DNA from: Candidatus Saccharimonadota bacterium
GTDB taxonomy: Bacteria > Patescibacteriota > Saccharimonadia > Saccharimonadales > Saccharimonadaceae
DNA: 41,170 nt
Reading direction: 5' to 3'
NCBI GenBank assembly: GCA_024402845.1
Contig: JAKSSY010000001.1
Coordinates: forward strand, 1 to 41,170
The position numbers and the translations under genes were made by a program. This document shows positions 16,114-24,237 of the stretch, piece after piece. The notes under the pieces are model-generated. The model was not told the DNA's origin and ran no database searches. It saw only the letters and a program-made list of their open reading frames with translations. Positions within the stretch are counted from its first letter, which is position 1. Each line of letters opens with the position of its first letter.

Positions 16114-16860
16114 ATGGATTCGAAAAAGGTTGAAGCAATGCGCGCAGGCGGCAAGATTATGGCAAAGATTTTTGCCGAACTTCGCGAGTATACCCAGGCT
16201 GGCATGACTGGTAAAGAAATTGACGCATGGGTAGCAAAGAAAATTACGGATTATGGTTGTGGTATTGCGTATTATGAGCCAGAGGTAGATTTTCCAGGTT
16301 CTATCTGTATTTCCGTCAACGATGAGCTTATTCACGGCATTCCAAAAGACACCCCACTCGAAGAGGGCGATAAAGTTAGCTATGATCTTGTAATCAAGTA
16401 TCAAGGTTACTATGTAGACTCCGCCTTTACGATGATTGTTGGGAATAAGCCGACTGCCGTCCAGCGCCATCTTTTGAGTTTTACTGAGTCGGCGCTATAT
16501 GAAGGCATCGAACAGGTGCGTCCGGGTGCGAAACTTGGCGATATTGGTTATGCGGTGCAGAAGCAACTCGAAAAGGGCAAGCTTGGCGTAATTACGAATT
16601 ATGTTGGTCACGGAATCGGTGCGAGCATGCATATGTCACCAGAGGTGCCAAACTATGGCAAACGTGGTCACGGATATACTTTGCAGGTTGGCGATACGAT
16701 TTGTATCGAGCCGATGTCTAGTCTTGGAAAGCCAGACAATATTGTAGTAGAGGGCGACGATGGCTGGACGGTCTGTTTGAAGGACGGTTCGCTTGGGTGC
16801 CATTTTGAGCACACAATTCTCGTAACTGAAGACGGTTATGAAATCTTAACCCAGTTATAG
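16114..16860 (+). CDS. map: Methionine aminopeptidase, type I
   Basis: Metal-ligand context: YQGYYVDSAFT, GHGIG, and CIEPM...EHT. The start at 16114 is 2 nt after the adk stop, with TATAAT 6 nt upstream. Confidence 0.9.
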   Translation: MDSKKVEAMRAGGKIMAKIFAELREYTQAGMTGKEIDAWVAKKITDYGCGIAYYEPEVDFPGSICISVNDELIHGIPKDTPLEEGDKVSYDLVIKYQGYYVDSAFTMIVGNKPTAVQRHLLSFTESALYEGIEQVRPGAKLGDIGYAVQKQLEKGKLGVITNYVGHGIGASMHMSPEVPNYGKRGHGYTLQVGDTICIEPMSSLGKPDNIVVEGDDGWTVCLKDGSLGCHFEHTILVTEDGYEILTQL

Positions 16861-16865
16861 GGATA

Positions 16866-16874
16866 TGCTACAAT
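16866..16874 (+). promoter_or_regulatory. Extended -10 box for ftsA (leaderless configuration)
   Basis: TGcTACAAT-N6 (aagctt)-ATG(16881), with no SD. It lies directly after the map stop. Confidence 0.5.
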
Positions 16875-16880
16875 AAGCTT

Positions 16881-18131
16881 ATGGAAGAAAATGCACGCTA
16901 TGCTGTGGGGGTAGATATTGGTACTAACACCGTACGCGCCGTAATGGGTAAGTTCGGTAAAGACGGCTCTGTATCCGTTGTTGGATATGGCGAAGCTCCA
17001 TCGGAGGGGATTCGTCGTGGTCGCGTAAAGGAGCTTTCTACGCCACCAAAGGCGATAGATGCTTGTCTCAAGGCCGTAGAGGCAATGAGCGGTATCAATG
17101 TAAACTCGGCAACAGTGGGCATTAATGGCTCTCATATTGGTAGTACGAAGATTGATGGCATGATTGCGGTCGGCGTAGCTGATCACGAGATTGATACTGA
17201 TGATCTTCGTAGAATTGAAGAAACGGCAATCGCTGGTAAGATCCCAGCAAACCGCGAAACGCTCGCATTAGTTCCATACGAATATATTCTTGATGGCCAG
17301 GGCGGCATTCGTGAGCCGCTTGGCATGCATGGCGCACGTTTAGAGATTCGTGCGAATGTTATTTCTGCATTGACTCCAGATTGCGATAATATGCGCAAGA
17401 TTTTTGAGAACGACGTAGCACAGGTTGGAGTGCATTTTCTAGAACCAACCGTTACTGCTGCGGCGCGTTCAATTTTGACTAGCCGTCAGATGGAAAATGG
17501 TGTTGGCGTGGTTGATATGGGTGGCTCTACTACTGGTGTAGCTATCTATGATGAAGGGGAATTGCAGTTTGTCGGCATAGTTCCAATTGGTAGCAATGAC
17601 GTTACGAATGATCTTGCAACGGTTCTAAAGACCGTCCCAGAGGTTGCAGAGGAGATTAAGGTTCGTTTTGCGACTGGCCGTTTTGGTGAGACAGATAAGG
17701 ATGTCGTAATCAAGCGTGGCCGTGACGAGTATAAGTTCTCTCGTAAAGAAGTTGATGAAGTCGTAGAGGCTCGTCTCGAAGAAATCTTCGAGGGTGTTCG
17801 TAAGATGCTGAAGGTTGCGGGCTATGATAAGCGCTTGCCGGAGGGTCTCGTGCTTGTTGGTGGCGGTTCGAGGCTTCGCGATATTGATAAATATGCTTCC
17901 GAGCAAGTAGAGCTCGCCGTGCGTCTTGGCAAGCCGGAAGGTATTCTTGGCGTAAGCGAAGAAGTGATGAAACCAGAGTATGCCGCCGCGGTTGGCCTCA
18001 TGATGATTGATGCGACCGGCGAAATGGAAACCGTTTCCGGCGACGTGGAAAAGAAGTCGAAAAAGACAAAGAAATCTAAAGATGCTAGCGGGGAAAGTTG
18101 GCTACAGCGTATCTTGAAGAATTTCAAATAA
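16881..18131 (+). CDS. ftsA: Cell division protein FtsA
   Basis: It has an actin-like ATPase fold: VGVDIGTNTVRAV, and VVDMGGSTTGVAIY. It lies directly upstream of ftsZ. Confidence 0.9.
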   Translation: MEENARYAVGVDIGTNTVRAVMGKFGKDGSVSVVGYGEAPSEGIRRGRVKELSTPPKAIDACLKAVEAMSGINVNSATVGINGSHIGSTKIDGMIAVGVADHEIDTDDLRRIEETAIAGKIPANRETLALVPYEYILDGQGGIREPLGMHGARLEIRANVISALTPDCDNMRKIFENDVAQVGVHFLEPTVTAAARSILTSRQMENGVGVVDMGGSTTGVAIYDEGELQFVGIVPIGSNDVTNDLATVLKTVPEVAEEIKVRFATGRFGETDKDVVIKRGRDEYKFSRKEVDEVVEARLEEIFEGVRKMLKVAGYDKRLPEGLVLVGGGSRLRDIDKYASEQVELAVRLGKPEGILGVSEEVMKPEYAAAVGLMMIDATGEMETVSGDVEKKSKKTKKSKDASGESWLQRILKNFK

Positions 18132-18176
18132 AGATGTTATTATAAAGTAAGAATTGAAATAGTGAGGAGTTAATAC

Positions 18177-19397
18177 ATGCCTGAAGTAAAGCCAAGTGAG
18201 GTGGAAAGCACAGCTAGTATTAAAGTAATTGGTGTAGGTGGCGCTGGTGGCTCTGCCGTTAACCGCATGCGCGAAGCAGGTCTTTCCGGTGTTGAATTTA
18301 TTGCAATGAATACCGATGCGCAGGCTTTGCATAATTCCAAGGCGGACGTAAAGGTCCATCTTGGTCACGAGACAACAAATGGTCTCGGTGCTGGCGCAGA
18401 TCCAACCGTAGGTGAGCGCGCAGCTGATGAAAGCCGCGAAGAGATTAAAAACGCTCTAACCGGCGCAGATATGACATTTATTACCTTTGGTGCTGGTGGT
18501 GGTACTGGTTCCGGTGCAGGTTATATCGTAGCGGAAGAGGCTCGCAAGCAAGACATCCTCACTGTCGGCGTAGTAACGAAGCCATTCTCATTTGAAGGCG
18601 CAAAGCGTAGAGCAAATGCCGATTGGGCAATTGAGCGCTTGGCACGCAACGTTGATGCATTGATTACGATTCCAAACGATCGCTTATTGCAGACTATTGA
18701 TCAGCGTACGCCAATCCTTGAAACCTTCAAGATTGCAGATGAGGTGCTTCGCCAAGGTGTCCAGGGCATTTCTGAACTTATTACCGAACATTCTTTGATT
18801 AACTTGGACTTTGCCGATGTTAAGGCGATTATGAAGGACGCGGGCTCCGCTCTTATGGGTATTGGTCGCGCATCTGGTGAAAATCGTGCAGCAATCGCAG
18901 CGCAGCAGGCCATTGAATCTCCACTTATTGAGGTATCTATCGATGGTGCACGTGGCGTATTGTTCTCGATTGCTGGTGGTTATGATGTAACTATGAGCGA
19001 AATGCAGGAAGCCGCAGAGCTTATTACTGCAAGTGTCAGCCCAGATGCAAACATTATTTGGGGTGCTTCCGTACGTCCAGAGCTTGAAGATGAGATTATT
19101 GTCACCGTAGTAGCAACCGGATTTGATTCCGAATACTATCGCGATGATCCACGCGCACAAGAAGTATTCCAGGCAACCGAAATTCGCGCAACTGAACCTA
19201 GCCAGACGATGGCAGATCCAGTAGCGAATGCAGAGCCAGAAGTAGAAACGAAGGTAGAAGAGGCAAAGGCTGCTTCCGACTTCGCTGATGCAACGACAGT
19301 TAATATGTGGGACAACATCCGTACGGATAGTGGTGACGGGGATAACGATAGTGATATTCCAGCCATCTTACGCCGTCGTAAGAAGAATAAAGATTAG
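18177..19397 (+). CDS. ftsZ: Cell division GTPase FtsZ
   Basis: It has IKVIGVGGAGGSAVNRM, the tubulin signature GAGGGTGSGAG, and NTDAQAL. The C-terminal tail is acidic then basic. Confidence 0.95.
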   Translation: MPEVKPSEVESTASIKVIGVGGAGGSAVNRMREAGLSGVEFIAMNTDAQALHNSKADVKVHLGHETTNGLGAGADPTVGERAADESREEIKNALTGADMTFITFGAGGGTGSGAGYIVAEEARKQDILTVGVVTKPFSFEGAKRRANADWAIERLARNVDALITIPNDRLLQTIDQRTPILETFKIADEVLRQGVQGISELITEHSLINLDFADVKAIMKDAGSALMGIGRASGENRAAIAAQQAIESPLIEVSIDGARGVLFSIAGGYDVTMSEMQEAAELITASVSPDANIIWGASVRPELEDEIIVTVVATGFDSEYYRDDPRAQEVFQATEIRATEPSQTMADPVANAEPEVETKVEEAKAASDFADATTVNMWDNIRTDSGDGDNDSDIPAILRRRKKNKD

Positions 19398-19410
19398 GGA
19401 GGCTTAGCTT

Positions 19411-19884
19411 ATGAGCCACCTAAAAATTGGTGAAAGTAAAGTAATCGAGAGTCGTGAGTCCCAGGATGGGACCATGATTCGCCGTCGCCGCGTTTCTTTG
19501 GATGGAAAGCATCGTTTTACTACGTATGAACGCATTGAACGTCCAGGCATGATGGTGCGCAAGCGTAGCGGTTCGCGTGAGGCATTTGATCGCGAGAAGC
19601 TAATGAAGGCTGTTCGCAACTCTGTCGGCAAGTATTTTGATAGTGATTTTGATGTCCAAAATATCGTCGACAAGGTAGAGGAGCTAATCTATGAGCGCGG
19701 TAAGGATGAAATTCCTTCTAGCTTGATTGGTGAAACTATTCTTGAAGTGTTGTCCGATACCAACGAAATGGCATATGTGCGTTTTGCTAGCGTATTTAAG
19801 GAATTCAAGACTTTGGATGATCTCGAGCGCAGTATTATGGAGCAGCGCGAACGCATGAAGAGCCGTAAGGCAAAGAGGGAGTAA
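19411..19884 (+). CDS. nrdR: NrdR-like ATP-cone protein lacking the zinc-ribbon cysteines
   Basis: It aligns by eye to NrdR through KVIESR, RRRR, RFTTYE, REAFDREKL, EIPSSLIG and AYVRFASVF. All four expected Cys ligands are replaced. A stop codon 2 codons upstream of the ATG rules out an N-terminal extension. Confidence 0.75.
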   Translation: MSHLKIGESKVIESRESQDGTMIRRRRVSLDGKHRFTTYERIERPGMMVRKRSGSREAFDREKLMKAVRNSVGKYFDSDFDVQNIVDKVEELIYERGKDEIPSSLIGETILEVLSDTNEMAYVRFASVFKEFKTLDDLERSIMEQRERMKSRKAKRE

Positions 19885-19888
19885 TTAG

Positions 19889-20155
19889 ATGAGGGTGGTA
19901 ATTATTTGGCGCGATAATACCGACTATGCACGTATGGTAATAGATTGGTTGCGCGATTTTGAGATTCGTTCTGGCAAACAGATTGAGAGTTTGAGTCCGG
20001 ATGAGCCAGAGGGTGAAAGTCTTTGCAGGGCCTATGACATTGTCGAATATCCGACAATGCTGGCGATTGATACGGATGGCTCTTTATTGCAGATGTGGCG
20101 TGGTACCGATATGCCGCGCATTAGTGACGTCTCGTATTATTTAATGGAGCACTAA
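19889..20155 (+). CDS. Thioredoxin/NrdH-fold-like small protein without CxxC (tentative)
   Basis: An 88-aa protein with a beta-alpha-beta start (MRVVIIWRDNTDYARMV), a cis-Pro-like EYPTML, and SD GGGAG. The fold assignment is by eye only. Confidence 0.55.
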   Translation: MRVVIIWRDNTDYARMVIDWLRDFEIRSGKQIESLSPDEPEGESLCRAYDIVEYPTMLAIDTDGSLLQMWRGTDMPRISDVSYYLMEH

Positions 20156-20260
20156 TGAAACATAATAAATTAGTTTGTGGTTGCTCGACAAAAGCGCGAA
20201 AAACGTGGCGGTTTTGATAAAAAGATTTTTCTAATTGAAGAAAAATAGAACACGACTTCT

Positions 20261-20292
20261 GAAATATCTTGCCTGGGTGCAAGATATTTTTG
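20261..20292 (+). terminator. Intrinsic terminator
   Basis: An AAATATCTTGC-CTGGGT-GCAAGATATTT hairpin followed by TTTTG. Confidence 0.75.
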
Positions 20293-20322
20293 TTTTTGAA
20301 TAAATATGATATAATGCAAGCA

Positions 20323-20500
20323 TAAAGCGTTTGAGCAGCTATCAACTGCGAGCTGGTGGAAGAACGACGTATCTAGTGCGAGAAGGTAAGTCCATTAGAA
20401 CCACCCGTGAGTCTGCGTAAAAGATTAATCGAGTGCTAGAGTAATCTAGAAGTTGGATGGTACCGCTCAATAGAGTTCCAATGCAAATTGGAATTTTTTT
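20323..20500 (+). promoter_or_regulatory. T-box riboswitch leader (Ile) controlling ileS
   Basis: The conserved T-box GGATGGTACCGC is at 20455-20466, with the UGGU bulge at 20458-20461. The Stem III hairpin is CTAGA-GTAA-TCTAG (20436-20449). The antiterminator GTTGGA(20452-57)/TCCAAT(20477-82) competes with the terminator TTCCAAT-GCAA-ATTGGAA+T7 (20476-20500). The promoter TGaTATAAT is at 20307-20315. Confidence 0.85.
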
Positions 20501-20525
20501 ATTCAAAAGAAAGGAGTGCGTGAGC

Positions 20526-23408
20526 ATGAAGTATAAATATGGTGAACGACGTCGTGCAAGTGAATACGAAAAAGCCCTCGTCGAGACCTGGAAGAAAAAA
20601 AAGACTTTTGAAAAATCGATTGAGCAGCGCGACATTGATAATTCATACGTATTTTATGACGGCCCGCCATTCATTACAGGCAACCCACATCACGGCACAT
20701 TATTATCTTCAATCGTGAAGGATGCGGTGCCTCGCTACTGGACTATGAACGGTAAGCGCGTTGAGCGCCGCTGGGGCTGGGACTGTCATGGTTTGCCGGC
20801 AGAAAACTTCGTTGAGAAGCAACTTGGCATTACGGATCGCCGCGAAATCGGCACAAAATGGCCACTTGAGACTTATATCACCAAAGCACGCGAGTCGATG
20901 GTTGCCAACTCTGAGACCTGGGAATCTACAATTGACCGCATCGGTCGTTGGGTAGACTTTAAGGGTGCTTACCGCACGATGAATAAGGACTTCATGGAGT
21001 CTGTATGGTGGGCATTCAAGACCCTCTACGAAAAGGGAAAGATTTATGAGGGCGAAAAGGTATTAATGTATGATACTAAATTTGCCACTCCTGTTTCTAA
21101 AGCAGAAGTCACGATGGATAATGATGCGTACCAGACGGTTACTGATCCATCTGCGTATGTGAAGTTTAAGCTCGCTGATCGTGACGAGTATATCCTTGCC
21201 TGGACGACAACTCCTTGGACTTTGCCGGCTAATATGGCATTGGCGGTCTCTGAGAAGTTGGAATATGGCCTCTACGACGTTGATGGCGTAAAAATGATTG
21301 TGGCTACGAAATTGGCCGAAAAACTCTTTGGAGAGGGCGTGAAAGCTGAGAAGAGCTATTCTGGTAAAGAGCTCGAGGGTTTGAAATATGAACCGCTCTT
21401 CGTGATGAACGATAAGATTGGCAAGGATAAGAATGCTCATAAGGTGCACGTTGCCGACTTTGTTAGCGCCGAGGATGGTACGGGCATCGTGCATATTGCG
21501 CCAGCTTATGGTGAAGACGACTATGCGCTAGGTAAGCGCGATAAGGTGCCAGTACGCCATACGATTGACGACAATGGCTATTACTTCCCAGAATGGACGG
21601 AGAAATTACACGAGATTGGCGTACGTGATACCGATGAAAACGGCATCGAAGTCTGGGCTGGCAATAAATTTATTGCAAAGTGCCTAGAAGAAAAGGGTAT
21701 CATCTGGAAGATTGAATATATCAAGCACGAATATCCATTTAACCCGCGCAGCAAGCAGCGTATTATGTATCGCGCATTCCCGAGCTGGTTCTTTGACGTA
21801 GAGGGCAGCAAGGAATTAATGCTTGAGAAAAATGAAGATATTAACTGGTTCCCGGCACATCTCAAGCACGGTCGTTTTGCAAAGAATATCGAGCAGGCAC
21901 CGGACTGGAATCTATCCCGTGACCGTTTTTGGGCAACGGCAATGCCAGTTTGGAAAGGCGATAAGGGTTCCATTAAGGTAGTTGGCTCTTATGATGAGCT
22001 CTACGAGCTATCCGGTGTTCGTCTAGAAGATTATCATCGCCCGTGGGTAGATGAAATTGAATTTGATATTAATGGCGAGCATTTCAAGCGTATCGACAAG
22101 GTATTAGACTGTTGGTTCGAATCTGGTTCGATGCCATTTGCGCAGATGCATTATCCATTCGAGAATAAGGAAAAGTTCGAAAAGAACTATCCTGCAGACT
22201 TTATCGTAGAATATGTCGGTCAGGTACGTGCATGGTTCTATTATGTCCACGTAGTGAATACTGCGATCTTTGGCGAATGTGCATACAAGAACGTCATTAC
22301 AACTGGTACCTTGGCTGGTAATGACGGCCGCAAGATGAGTAAGTCTCTCGGTAACTATACTGATCCAAACGAATTGATGGATAAGTTTTCGGCGGATGCT
22401 TTGCGCTTCCAGTTGCTATCCAGTCCTGTGCTTGCCGGTGAGGATTTTGCGCTTATCGACAAGGATGTATCTGATACTGCACGTAAGCTTACGATGATTT
22501 GGAACGTCTACGACTTCTTTACGATGTATGCCGAGGTTGATGGTTGGGAATATAAGGGCAAAACCTTGAAGGCACCAGCTAAACTTGAGAATGAGTTGGA
22601 TAAGTGGATTATTAGCCGCGTTTACCAATTACGCAATGAGATTACCGATAATATGGAAATCTATAATATTCCAGCTGCGCTCGCAGGTGTTTTGCCATTT
22701 ATCGATGATCTTTCGAACTGGTTTGTGCGCCGCAGCCGTCGTCGTTTCTGGAAATCCGAATCTACGACCGACAAAGAAGAGGCATACGCAACGTTACATT
22801 ATGTACTCAGCTACACGGCATTAATTTTGGCGCCATTCGTACCATTCCTTGCGGAAGAACTCTGGCAGAATATGATGGGTGGCGAAAGCGTACATCTATT
22901 AGATTGGCCAAAGGCCGGTAAGATTGATGAGGTTGTGATCGAAAAGATGAGCAACTGCCGCGCAATTATTACCGAGGGCTTGGCGCTTCGTATGGCTCGT
23001 GATGATGGTTTTGGCCAGATTAAGGTACGCCAACCACTAGCGAAACTTACTTACGGAGGCGAAAAGTTGGATGATTTCTATGAGCAGATTATTGCCGAAG
23101 AAGTTAACGTTAAAAAAGTTGCCCATGGCAAAAAACTTGTACTCGACAAAAAGTTGACCGACGAACTACGCGCAGAAGGATTTGTTCGCGAGTTGATTCG
23201 TTTTGTTCAGGCTGCGCGCAAGAAAGCCGGCTTGAATGTCGACGACCGCATTAAGCTTTCTGTATCGGTAGATATCCCAGAGGAACACCTCGAGATGTTT
23301 AAAAATGAGGTGCTCGCAACCGATCTCTCTAAGGATGGCAACTATGACTATGATGAGATTGTGAAGGTAGAAGGGGAGAACGTCACGATTTCGCTCGAGA
23401 AAGCATAA
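20526..23408 (+). CDS. ileS: Isoleucyl-tRNA synthetase
   Basis: A 960-aa class I aaRS with a HIGH-type motif PHHGT and the KMSKS motif. The start at 20526 is preceded by AGGAG. The upstream extension in the ORF track crosses the T-box terminator. Confidence 0.93.
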   Translation: MKYKYGERRRASEYEKALVETWKKKKTFEKSIEQRDIDNSYVFYDGPPFITGNPHHGTLLSSIVKDAVPRYWTMNGKRVERRWGWDCHGLPAENFVEKQLGITDRREIGTKWPLETYITKARESMVANSETWESTIDRIGRWVDFKGAYRTMNKDFMESVWWAFKTLYEKGKIYEGEKVLMYDTKFATPVSKAEVTMDNDAYQTVTDPSAYVKFKLADRDEYILAWTTTPWTLPANMALAVSEKLEYGLYDVDGVKMIVATKLAEKLFGEGVKAEKSYSGKELEGLKYEPLFVMNDKIGKDKNAHKVHVADFVSAEDGTGIVHIAPAYGEDDYALGKRDKVPVRHTIDDNGYYFPEWTEKLHEIGVRDTDENGIEVWAGNKFIAKCLEEKGIIWKIEYIKHEYPFNPRSKQRIMYRAFPSWFFDVEGSKELMLEKNEDINWFPAHLKHGRFAKNIEQAPDWNLSRDRFWATAMPVWKGDKGSIKVVGSYDELYELSGVRLEDYHRPWVDEIEFDINGEHFKRIDKVLDCWFESGSMPFAQMHYPFENKEKFEKNYPADFIVEYVGQVRAWFYYVHVVNTAIFGECAYKNVITTGTLAGNDGRKMSKSLGNYTDPNELMDKFSADALRFQLLSSPVLAGEDFALIDKDVSDTARKLTMIWNVYDFFTMYAEVDGWEYKGKTLKAPAKLENELDKWIISRVYQLRNEITDNMEIYNIPAALAGVLPFIDDLSNWFVRRSRRRFWKSESTTDKEEAYATLHYVLSYTALILAPFVPFLAEELWQNMMGGESVHLLDWPKAGKIDEVVIEKMSNCRAIITEGLALRMARDDGFGQIKVRQPLAKLTYGGEKLDDFYEQIIAEEVNVKKVAHGKKLVLDKKLTDELRAEGFVRELIRFVQAARKKAGLNVDDRIKLSVSVDIPEEHLEMFKNEVLATDLSKDGNYDYDEIVKVEGENVTISLEKA

Positions 23409-23426
23409 TAAGCTCATAGGAAACAA

Positions 23427-23478
23427 AATAACGTCGTCGCTTGGCTGGACAGGCCATCGTGAGCGACGTTATTTTTGT
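23427..23478 (+). terminator. Intrinsic terminator after ileS
   Basis: AATAACGTCG (23428-37) pairs with CGACGTTATT (23464-73), followed by TTTTG. Confidence 0.7.
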
Positions 23479-23618
23479 TTTCATTATTATCATTTATGCC
23501 GCCTGGAGCATATTTTATTGTTATATAATTCGGCGAGAATAATATTTTTGGAATTTTTCAAGGGTGGTTTTACCTCTGTTAAATTTGACAAAATAGCAAA
23601 AAATAAGCATAAGCATGC

Positions 23619-23647
23619 TTGACAAAAAAGCATAAGTGTGATAGCAT
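23619..23647 (+). promoter_or_regulatory. Sigma70-type promoter of the accessory cluster
   Basis: TTGACA(23619-24)-N17 (ending in TGa)-TAGCAT(23642-47). It is flanked by two AAGCATAAG 9-mers and the palindrome AAGCATGCTT. Confidence 0.5.
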
Positions 23648-23757
23648 GAAGACAGTTGGAACAGAAACCAACACAAAAACGAACATCAAATTCCAAAACG
23701 GGTATCAAGGAAGGAGAAATCGAGAGAGAAACATAGAAAGGAAAACAAATATAAAAT

Positions 23758-24030
23758 ATGAGTAACTTCGCACAGATGACAATTCCAGTAGAGGCCGACG
23801 GTATAGTAGATGACCAAAAGGAATTCGAAAAACAACAAGAAAAAAACGAAGCCAAATTATTAGAAGAAATTGCGCATAGTATCGAGGACGAAGAATTACA
23901 ATTAGGAGATTATGAAGACATAGAAGGCGACCTCGTACGTAAACCAAAGGCAAGAGAATACTCAGCGAAAGCACTAGATAAAGTGCAAGCAAGAAAAATT
24001 GGTCGTGTAGCTATATTATTTAGCCGGTAA
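23758..24030 (+). CDS. Small acidic hypothetical protein
   Basis: A 90-aa E/D-rich protein with a basic C-terminus. The SD is weak and the A-rich leader is about 100 nt long. Confidence 0.5.
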   Translation: MSNFAQMTIPVEADGIVDDQKEFEKQQEKNEAKLLEEIAHSIEDEELQLGDYEDIEGDLVRKPKAREYSAKALDKVQARKIGRVAILFSR

Positions 24031-24104
24031 GCCATAATTACGAAAAACAAACACTAAAAGAAAGAGGTAAGCTTATAAGATAAACAAAGAGTTTTGCTCG
24101 AAAA

Positions 24105-24141
24105 GATAGATCAATCAGACGCAGATTGGTCTATTTTTTTA
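24105..24141 (+). terminator. Intrinsic terminator
   Basis: An ATAGATCAATC-AGACGCA-GATTGGTCTAT hairpin (11 bp, one G-U pair) followed by TTTTTTT. Confidence 0.7.
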
Positions 24142-24160
24142 TTCCATGTTGTAGCGGTGC

Positions 24161-24190
24161 TTGACAATTTTAAAACGGTAGTGCTAAAAT
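24161..24190 (+). promoter_or_regulatory. Sigma70-type promoter of the 814-aa gene
   Basis: TTGACA(24161-66)-N18-TAAAAT(24185-90), with a TGc extension. Confidence 0.6.
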
Positions 24191-24237
24191 GAAGCAAAAT
24201 AGGTCAAAAACAAAAATATAAATAGGAAAAAAGAGAA

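Noticed and set aside
20155-20217. A 20-aa ORF (MKHNKLVCGCSTKARKTWRF) overlapping the stop of the preceding gene as TAATG.
   Set aside because: The coupling geometry is attractive, but the peptide is very short and has no recognisable family. It lies in the stretch before the terminator, and the evidence is insufficient.
20457-20525. The ORF-track N-terminal extension of ileS (MVPLNRVPMQIGIFLFKRKECVS).
   Set aside because: It reads straight through the T-box sequence and the terminator hairpin and T-run. The ATG at 20526 has AGGAG at the proper distance and starts the conserved IleRS N-terminus.
23708-23717. A strong AAGGAAGGAG that might mark a missed small CDS in the leader of the 90-aa gene.
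   Set aside because: No ATG, GTG or TTG lies within 4-12 nt downstream, so no ORF can be assigned. It is noted only as part of the leader.
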